From assembly GCF_009914755.1 (NCBI RefSeq), contig NC_060926.1: DNA of 64,000 nucleotides, one strand, 5' to 3'. The stretch comes from the human T2T-CHM13v2.0 reference genome, Homo sapiens. Of the stretch, positions 54,161 to 64,000 are shown piece after piece; within the stretch, counting starts at the first letter, position 1, and every line of letters starts with the position of its first letter. The notes under the pieces are model-generated. The model was not told the DNA's origin, did no database searches, and saw only the letters and a program-made list of their open reading frames with translations. A program made the position numbers and the translations under genes.

Positions 54161-56219
54161 CCACCTATGGTGAAATTAAAAATGATTTAAAAACTGAAGG
54201 GAAGAAATCTTAACAGGATATTTAAGACTTTTGTCAGCAGATACCAATACCACAGAAAGGGAATAGGAATGTCTAGACAGGCATGTTGGACAAAGATTCA
54301 AAAGAGCATGGTCCAGCAGCACAGACCATGTGCAAGTAACTTCATGCGTGTATAAAGGACAACACTCGGAGTTCTTGAAAACCAAAAATTGGAGCCAGAG
54401 ACATCTGAATGCAAATAGCCAAAAATCAATTCCATATGGAACAAACAGACAAAAAACATTACAGCAGCAATACAGGTAAATATAGAGCATCCCAGGATTT
54501 ATTTTCAGGTTTATGAAACAAGGATCACTAACAGCACTGGAGAACAAAATTAGAGTAGGAGAAAGACTGACTTGATTTTGTCACGGAGGATTTAATGTAT
54601 AGCTGCTTAAGTTTCCAACATTCAGTAATACTGAGTGTATAAAGAGTTTTTGGTGACTATGTGTTTAGGAGGTCATAAGGGAATGTTGTATCAGTTATTC
54701 TAAGTAGTTGATGTTCAAAACACTCTGTAATAATATTAAGCTTGCAATGGTGGCTCTCTAAATAGATATAGGTTAGGGGGCAACATATTGAATCTTCTTG
54801 AGTTTGCCATACCACCATAATCGTAACTTTTGTTAGAATATTTTTTCTCTCTTGGCTTGTCTCCGATTGATGAATCATATCATTGTTTATCCCAGGAAAA
54901 CAAATGATCTATGTCTATGGTAAGTTATAATCTATTTCTATAGCAACATTTTCACCTGCATATGTCTTCAAGTCATTAAAATAATACTTAGCCAATGTAG
55001 TCTAAACTGTAATCCAATTATTCTACTTTTATAAAGTGAAAAATAACACAGAATACGTACCTTTTCTTGACTATCATTGACAATATTTTACCTCATGTTA
55101 GAAAAGAATATATCAAAGGATTATTAAAATGGATTAAAGTACTTAATGGTAGCATGGCATTTATGCCTGCATCACAGTTGACAAGCAAATATAGTGAAAG
55201 TTGCCAAAATCGGAGTTTCAATTACTTATGAAGATTTTGGTTGTCTAGCTATGAATAAACCTGTGAAATTGCACAAGGTGCCTTAGGAGACCATGGCCTG
55301 GCCTTCCATTAATCAGAAGAATGCCCAAGTCTAAATATTGACTGATGATTGCTTTCCTCTCTGGGAGCATCTCAGGAGACTGGTACTATAAAAAAAGAAA
55401 ACCAAGTTCACAAAACCCAGGGCTTGAAATAAACATGAAATGAGAATACAATCCTTTCTGAGAATTAAAAATCAATCCTTGCACTAAAAATGAAATATCT
55501 GTCTCCTATATAAGTAAAATGTCAAGACATATATTTAGCTTTTTTACATATTTGCCATTAATTACTTTTATGGGATATATATACTTTGAATTCTTAGTTA
55601 TTAATTCTAATTTGAAAATTAATTTTTATTAATAGTAATTCAATTCTGCTTATAAAATTTCACATATATATTACGTGGGTTTCATAACTTTAAACTATAC
55701 AAAAAATTTCTATTATGAATTCTCTCATCAAATGATATTCCAATGAATAAATATTTGAAGTGTGTAAGCTTTTTGACCCACATGAAAATACATGTAAATA
55801 TGCTACAATTATAAATGCTTCCTCAAGCTTATTTTAATTGGGAAGTCATAATGTAATGGGTTAAACGGTAGACTTCAATAACTGAATGTAGCTTTCATTT
55901 AACCCTTAATGTGATATTGAAAGTTTTGTTTTTTACTTTTTTATACCTTTTTTTTTTCCTGAAGAAGATTACAGTTTCCCTTCCCTTGCTCATTGAATAT
56001 TCATGGTATTTGTGGAATAGAAAATATAATTTGCCATGCACTGTCAAAGAAAATCTGCTAGTTATACATTATTGCTTTAAAGCTCCTACTGATATTGAAC
56101 AAATTAATATATGTTGATAGATATTCTTTTATCAGAAAGTGAATGAAAGCAAGACATTTAAAATGAGACTTTGAATTCAAAATAGCTTTGGGCCCCTGGA
56201 AAAGCCTGAGAAAATTCAC

Positions 56220-56237
56220 CTGAAAAGGACTCTTAAA
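56220..56237 (-). CDS. Candidate 18-nt microexon (FKSPFQ)
   Basis: ggtctttgcttctag| ... CAG|gtgaat. Confidence 0.22.
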
Positions 56238-57221
56238 CTAGAAGCAAAGACCCTGTAGTTCAAAGGAGAGTGGGGAGCTTCACCCCATTCATTCTCAGAT
56301 GTAAAACACAATTATAAAATTTGTCTTCTGTGGTCTCTGTGGTATGACTCTTCTTTCATGACAATATGGTGGCATTAAAAAGTAATGATTCTAAAAGTGT
56401 AGAGAACAGATAGCTAACTAAAAATCCTGAAGTTTGGACTCTACCCTAAACATATGAAATTGACATGAAGAGTGTGTTGGGAAAGAGTGCGAGAGGCGGC
56501 AAATTCAATATATTTAACTAGGTACCTCTGAGACTCACCAACGTTTGAAAACCATTGTTTAGACATACTGGTCTTTACTCTCTCGTTTTCCATAATTTTA
56601 GATCCAGATATTACGCTAAAATGTCTCATCACTTACTACCTTCCAGAGTGCTGTTACTTTGCCTCTGTGCAGTTGATGTTTACTGTTTGTACCTCATACA
56701 CTTAAGCCCAACATTACAGTTTCCTCAAATTAACAATGACCTATCTGCTAAAACGCATAAACTAGAGAACCTTCCCCCAATTCGGGTTCACTTTCTAGTC
56801 TCTTAAAATAATATTTTCTGTCCAAGGTATAACCCTAATTGTTATGCCTTTTAAAATGCAGGGGCAATTCTGACCAAGAGGAATGGGAAATAAGTTTATT
56901 TTAAAATATCAGACCATAAATTTTAGGTTTCTCAGGACACCATAGTCTATTTTAAGTTCTACTACATAAGCTTAATATTTACTCTGCCAACTATAGCTCC
57001 ATCTTAATTCATAGGTGACCCTCAATTTCTCTTATGTTTAAAGAACACCTCTCAAAGAAAAATAGAAATTCCCCAGTATAAATTTGTAGAATTTAAGAAG
57101 TTTTATAAGACAAAGGGATTGATAAAATAAGGATAATTATATACCCATCTCGTGTTTTAGGGGTTAAAAGAAATTAATATAAACTTAATACCTAGGTAGA
57201 CATTGTTACATTTTATGTGTC

Positions 57222-57378
57222 CAACAGGTTATTTTTTACAGAAATTCTCAGAGATTTTAATATGTTAATGTGCATTGTGACTATTCATGTGGAGTGTAGA
57301 GTATGCATTATTTTCCAAGTGTACTTGAGTAGATTGAGGAATTTGGACTACTATTCCAGGAAACACAGTCTAGAAAAG
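57222..57378 (-). mobile_element. MER103-like hAT element
   Basis: 'ttctcagagattttaatatgttaatgtgcattgtga...agtatgca'. Confidence 0.65.
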
Positions 57379-57829
57379 ACCCTCCAAGATTGTCTGTCCA
57401 GCATAGATGTTGGGTACTCCAGAGAGTACAGAAAACACCTTGTGAAACAAAAGCTAAAATAATCAACTTCAGGTAAATGAGAAATGCTGCATGCTTGTCT
57501 CTTGTCCTGATTTCATTTATCATCAGTGGACATCCCAAAGCTTAATTGTTATAATGTATGTAGGGTGGTCAAATAGCATGTATACAATAGCAGTTTGGAA
57601 AATCCCTTTTCAGTATTTATTGAACTCTGTATTCCAGTGTTAAATTTTCCACAAAACAAAGAGAATTCTGTCAGCCCTATCATTGTCTACTGAAAATTCC
57701 TAATGCATATCAGATTGTTTTGTTCTCCACATTTATCAGTAATCTGATGGTTGCCGATTTAATATATCTGAAATGCTATGTGGAAAATATATATTGGTTC
57801 AGTTTATCAAATTTCTGATCCTCTTTTTC

Positions 57830-58109
57830 AGGGCACTTTGTAGCACGTGTTTTCCTTGTGACTTGTCTTGGCAAATGATATGTGAGCAGAAGTTATGTGT
57901 CACTTCTGGACAGAGATTTCAAGAAATGGTGCATAGGTTGTTGTGTCCCCTTCCTCGGGTGGTAGACTAACAACTTTCCAGATAGCGTAGGATCTGCAGG
58001 TCTGTTTCTCTGTATAAGGATAATAGATATGCCTTTATTGGCTAAGCCACTGAAATTTGGGGCTTGCTTTTTACATCAGCATGACAGAGACATCATCTTG
58101 AGTCATACA
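57830..58109 (+). mobile_element. Old MLT1 (I/J-like) LTR
   Basis: 'tgtgagcagaagttatgtgtcacttctgg', 'taagccactgaaatttggggcttg'. Confidence 0.7.
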
Positions 58110-58444
58110 TTTTGATATCAGAAAAGAAAAGAAAGATGTCCTTAGAAGTTGCTAAAAGTTTTGTTTTCCTATCATTGTATCATCTATCCATTAGATGAAG
58201 TGACAACATCAACTTTCTTAACTTCCAAGCTAAGAACTTTAATGCTGAAGTTAACTAAAATTCCAGCAAGTAATAGAAACCTAAGCAGTCAAACATCAGG
58301 CACTCCTGACATTTAACTAAAACATATTCTTAGGTAATGTATACCATTTTTTGATTACATATAGCCATTTGAAAATTATATATTCATTCAACATATGTTA
58401 TTTTACATTTTGTACCAGCAATTGTAATGTGCTGAATCACCTAG

Positions 58445-58585
58445 AAGTTTTCAAGAATTTTGTTCTCGAGACCCATTTACCCTTAAACATTGTTGAGTGC
58501 TCCAAAAAAGTTTTATATGTGAGTTATTACCACAAATATATATTCAAAATTAAAACTTGGAATATTTTAAACTAACATTCATTTT
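58445..58585. mobile_element. Charlie1-like hAT fragment
   Basis: 'gagacccatttacccttaaacattgttgag...aaattaaaact'. Confidence 0.5.
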
Positions 58586-58872
58586 GCAAAAATTATAGAT
58601 TCACATGTTGTTGTAAGAAATAATACAGAAAGATCTGTGTACTCTTTCCCTATTTTTCACCATTGGTAATGACTTATAAAACTATAGTGCAATATCACAC
58701 TCAGAATATGGACGCTAATACAGTCAAGATACGGAATATTTCCATCAGCACAAAGACACTCATGTGGCTCTTTTATAACCATGCCCAATTCCCACAGTCC
58801 CCATCCTTTCCTTCATCTTTGAGAATCATTAATCCACTCTCTATTTCTGTGATTTTGACACATCAAGAGTGT

Positions 58873-58996
58873 TATATAAATAGAAGTTATACAATATGCA
58901 AACCTCTGAGCTTGTTTTTCTTCAGTAAGCATAATATATAAATAGAAGTTATACAACATGCAAACCTTTGAGCTTGTTTTTCTTCAGTAAGCATAA
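58873..58996. repeat. 62-bp tandem duplication, 2 mismatches
   Basis: 58873-58934 versus 58935-58996. Confidence 0.95.
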
Positions 58997-61187
58997 TTCT
59001 ATGAAGATTCATTCAGACTGTGGTATATATCACATTCTATTTGTTATTTATGTTTGTTTGTGTGTTCATTGTTATTGCTAAGCTGTATGTATGTGCCACT
59101 GTTTGTTTAACCATTCACGCATTGAAGGGCATCTAATCTCATATTTTTAATTTGCATTTTCCTAACAGCTAAGATGTTTACTATATTTTTGTGTGTTTAT
59201 TTGCCATCCATATCTTCTCTTTAGTGAAATATATCTTTGTCATTTTTCCATTTTTAAATCGAATTGTTTTTACTACTGATGAGTTTTGAGAGTTGGTTAT
59301 ATATGTTAGATACAATCATCTGTCAGACATGTAGTTTGAAATATTTTCTCTAAGTCTGTAACTTGTCTTTTCTTCCTTTTAATGAAGTATTTTGCGGAAC
59401 AAAGTTTTACTTTTGATAAGGTTGAATGTTTCATTTTTTTCTGGCTTTTTTTTTTTTTTTTTTTTTTGTCTACTCCTATGTCCCAAGATTTTCTCCTAGG
59501 TTTTTTTGTTTTTGTTTTTTGTTTTTTTCTCTAAAGTTTTTATAATTTTATGTTTTACTTTTAAATACATAATCAATATGAGTTATTTTTTGGATAGAGG
59601 TGAGATTTATTTTGATATTTACATTCTTAATCTATGGATGTCCAATTGATCCAGTACTATTTGTTAGAAAGGCTATCTTTTTCCATTGAATTGCTTTTGT
59701 ACCTTTGTCAAAAATCAGTTGGACATTTGTATGGGTCTCTTTCTGGGTTTCCTCCTCTTTTCCACTGGTTTATGTGCCTGCCTCTTCCCCAATATCACAC
59801 AATATCATATTTTCCACCCGTACCTCTTTTTTTTTATTATTTTTCAAAATTGTCCTAGCCATTCTACTTCCTGTAACTTTCCATATAAATGTTCACATAA
59901 TCTTGTCTATATATACAAAAGAATTCTGCTGAGATTTTGATAAAAATTGTGTTAAACATTTATGCCATTTGGCTAGAATAAACGTGATGACTATATTGAG
60001 TCCTCCAGTCCATGAACATGGCGTATCTCTTCATTTATTTAAATCTATGTTGTTTTTATCAACATTTTACACATGTATAAATCCTGTACATGTTTTGTCA
60101 GATTTACACCTAACTATTTCTCTCTTTTTTTTTTGAGGAATTGTAATTGATCTTATATCTTCCAAATAATTTGGGGTCCATATATCTGTCATTAAAATAT
60201 AGAAATACAACTTTTTTGTATTTTTATCTTATGTAACTTTGCTTAATCAATAATTCTTGGAGTTTTTAAAAATAGATCCTTTGGAATTTTTCTATATTGA
60301 TAATTACGACATAAGAAAAATTATATTTCTTCTTTTTTGGCCTACATACATTTTGTTTTCCTTTCTTGCCTTATTGCACCACCAAACTCCTAGTGCTGTG
60401 TTAAATAACATTTGTAAGAATAAACATCCCTGCCTTGCTCCTAATTATAGGAGGAAAACATCCAGCTTTTTACCATTAACTACAATGATAACTATAGGCT
60501 TTACTTATTTATTATTTGAAAATGCACTTTTTTATTTATCATGCTTGGTTCCTAGTTTTCTGAGAGTTTTTTTGGGGGGAGGGGCATGAATGGGTGTTTC
60601 ATTTTGTCAAATGTTTTTTCTGTATCAATTGATATGATATAATATTGATATGGTCTTTTTTTCTTTAAATTTAGCCTACTATATGGTGGATTATATTGAT
60701 CGATTCTCTAACATCAAATAATCCTTGCATTTTTAAAATAAACTCCTCTTGGTAATGGTGTATAATTCTTTTCATGTATTGCTGAATTATATTTGCTAAT
60801 CTTTTGTTAAAGATTTTTGAGTCTCTACCCATAAGTCATATTGGTCATTAGTTTTCTTTTTTTTGTATTGTATGTATCTTGTTGTGGTATTAGAATAACA
60901 GTAATTTTATAAAATAAATTTGTAAGTGTTCCCTTCTCTTCTGTTTTCAAGAAGAGAACGTGTAAAATAAGTTTTAGTTCTTCTTTTAATATATTGTAGA
61001 ATTCTTCACAGAAAACCATCTAAGCCTGAGAATTTCTGTTTGGAGTGTTTTTTGATTGTTAATTCAGTTTCCCTAATCATTAAATGACAAGTAAAATTAT
61101 ATTATATTAGTTGAGTTGTAGTATTTTGTGTTTGACCAGGAATTGGTCACTTTCATCTAAGTTGACAAATTTATTTGTGTAGAGCTT

Positions 61188-61247
61188 TTTGGTAGTATTC
61201 TCTTATTAGAATAATTCTTACTAGAATAATAAGAGAATACTACCAAA
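61188..61247. repeat. 21-bp perfect inverted repeat, 18-nt spacer
   Basis: tttggtagtattctcttatta / taataagagaatactaccaaa. Confidence 0.95.
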
Positions 61248-64000
61248 TAATAATAATAAGTGTAATATTTTGTTTCATTTCTGATGTTGGTAATTTATGT
61301 CTTTATTTTTTTCTTGTCAGTCTTGCTGGAAGGTTGCCAATTTTATTGAACAGCTTGAAGGACCAGTTATTTGTTTTATTGATTATTCTATATTGTCTCT
61401 CTATTTTCAATGTGTTAATTTCTGCTCACATTATTCTTTCTACTTGCCTTGGGCTTACATCGGTCTTTTTTTTTTTTTTGTCTAGGATCTTGAATTGGAA
61501 AATAAGATTACTAATTTTAGGCTTTTATCTTTTGTGATTTATATTAGCACCTCAAATTTCTCTCTCAGCACTACTTAGCTATGTAGCAAAATTTTGATAT
61601 GTTGTATATTAATTTTTATTCTGCACAATGTATTTTTAAATTTCTCTTAAGACTTACTTGCCAAACCATGGATTATTTAGAAAAGTGTTGTTTAGTTTCC
61701 AAATGTTTGGAGATAATACTGTTGTCACTCTGTACTGATTTTTAATTTGATTTTATTGTGGTCAGAGAACAAACTCTGTGTGATTTAAATTCTTAAATTT
61801 GTTAAGGTTTATTTTATTGTCCAGATAATTATCTGCCTAGGTATATGTTCTGTGGGTACATTAAAGAATATGTATCTTGCTGTTGTTGGGTGGAGTGTTC
61901 TACAAATATCAGTTAGATGTTGTTGGTTGATGAGGTGATTGAACTGTTCTATATTCCTCCTTATTTTATCTAGTTGTCCTACCAGTTATTGAGACAAAAG
62001 TATTGAAATCACCAGCTATTATTGTGTGTTCATCTATTTCTCCTTTCAGTTTTATCACATTTTGCTTTACATATTTGGCATCTCTGTTATTTGGTGCATA
62101 CACATTTAGGATTACTATGCCTTTTTGGTGGATTGAGCCTTTTTATATTTGTGCAACATCCCTCTCTGTCTTTAATAATTTTCTTTGCTCAGAATACTAC
62201 TAGTGCTTTCTTTTAATTCATACTTAAGTAATACACTTTTAAAAATATCCTTCAACTTTCAAATTGCCTACATAATTGCACTGAAGTGAGTTTCTTACAG
62301 ACAAAAGTAGATGACTCATGTTTTTAAATTTATTATGCTAAATTATTTTGATAGATGTGTTTAAGCTGTTTATATTTAATGTAATTCTCTGTACTTTAGT
62401 TTTATGTCTGCCATTTTATTTTTTGTTCTTTGAAGTTTATTTTTCTTATCTCTCCATTTCCTTTTTTCTGCCTACCTGTGCATTAGTTTTCCATTTTAAT
62501 TTCTCTATAGTGTTTTTGAGTGTATCTCTTTGTATAGCCTTTATAGTTACTGTTCTATGTATTATACATACATGATTTATCAGTTTTCTGGTTTTATCAT
62601 TTTAGCAATTTGAATGATGTATACAATTTTTATTTCCCTGTACATTCTTTTGCCTCCCTGTTTATAGTACACTTATCTTAAATATTTCACTTACACACAT
62701 TTCAAACCACAACAGTATTATGAATTTTGTTTCCACCATAAGATATAATTTAGACAACTCAAGAGGAGACTAAAAGTCTATCACATTTAACTCTCTTTTT
62801 TCCTACTGTGCACTTCTTTCTTTTTTTCAAATATTCTAATGTTTTCTTTAAATTTTTTTTCTGTTTAGATAATTTATTAGTCATTCTTTTAGAATAGACC
62901 TGCTGTTGACAAATTCTCTTAGCTTTACTTTATCTGAGAGTGTTTTTATATCCCTTTTATTTCTGAAGTATGTTTTTACTAGATCTAAGATTTTAGTTTG
63001 ACAATACTTTTATTTCTGCACTTGAAAAATGCTGGGCCACATCCTCCTGGCCTGCGTGGTTTCTGATGAGAAATCACTGTCATTGAAATTATTTTTCTTC
63101 TATAGGTAAAAGATTATTTCTCTCTGGCTACTTTCAATATTTGTTCTTTTTAATTTTCACACATTTGCCTATAGTACATCTTTGTGTGGATTTCTGTGTA
63201 TTTATCCTATTTGAAGACCTCTCAGCTTCTTGAATCTGTATGGTTATGCCTTTTGCAAATTTGAGAAGTTTTCATCCATTATTTCTCTGAGTACCTTTTT
63301 CAGTCACATCCTCTTTTCCTTCTTCTAATGAGACTCTGATGACTCAAATGTTCAACCTCTTGTTACAGACTCACAGTGTGCCCTGTGGCTTTGTTTAGTT
63401 TTTCTGTCTCCTTGTTCATTGATCCTTTCCTGTCTTTTCCATTTTTCTGTTGAGCTAATCTATTTGAGTTTTATTTTATTTATTGTGTTTTTCAGTTCTA
63501 AAGTTTTCATTTGGTAGTTTTTATGTCTTTTATTTCTTTTTGATAGTATTTTTTATGTGTACAAGCTGAATTCATAATTGTTTACTGAAGTATTTTTATG
63601 ATGGCTGCTTTAAAATATCTGTCAGCTTATTCTAATATCTCTGTCATCTTGGTGTGTGCATCTATTGATTGTCTTTTTTAAAAATTCAGTTTGAAATCTT
63701 CCTGGTTTTTAATATTACAAGTGTCTTCCATTGAAACCTGGATATTTTCAGTATTCTGAAACTCCGGCTCTTATTTAGATCTTCTATTTCCGTTTTTAGG
63801 TTTTTTGTTTGTTTTTGACACACCTCTGGCAGGGAAAAGGGAGGTTCTGCCTGATTACTGACAGGGAGAATTTCAAATTCCCCACTCAGCCTCCACCTTC
63901 GGCAGAGATACCTTGGATGTCTGCTCATCACCGTTGGGCAAGGGTGGGAGTTTCAGCATCCTATTAGGCTCAAGTAATATCCCTCTGCCTGGGGGCTGTA

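Larger units (their letters stand above)
58590..64000 (-). mobile_element. Long L1MC-like element (3' UTR, ORF2 and ORF1 region, antisense), running off the window end
   Basis: 3' end 'tagattcacatgttgttgtaagaaataatacaga...cagtcaagatacggaatatttccatca'; minus-strand ORF 60825-61019 (EEFYNILKEELKLIL...GTLTNLFY) resembles ORF2p. Confidence 0.8.

Overview
This is human genomic DNA: it carries a near-consensus AluYa5, a human-specific subfamily. The window is AT-rich and dominated by repeats. These include about a dozen Alu-family elements, young L1PA insertions with readable target-site duplications (TSDs), long degenerate L1M/L1MC segments, L2/MIR/CR1 relics, solo LTRs (THE1 x3, LTR1-, MER31-, MLT1- and LTR33/41-like) and DNA transposons (near full-length Tigger1, MER47, split MER46C, MER58, MER103). 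I found no rRNA, tRNA, CRISPR array or recognisable protein-coding gene, and the ORF track is mostly repeat-derived or chance. The most interesting non-repeat signal is tentative: six minus-strand microexons (18-53 nt) plus a terminal exon with AATAAA that splice into one open frame. One of these exons is bracketed by a 30-bp inverted repeat that pairs its acceptor with its donor. Clearer but mechanistically known features are an L1 3' transduction with an 18-bp TSD, a twin-primed inverted L1, an unexplained ~580-bp insert inside MER46C and several perfect inverted repeats. Subfamily calls come from remembered consensus sequences, and boundaries of old repeats are approximate.
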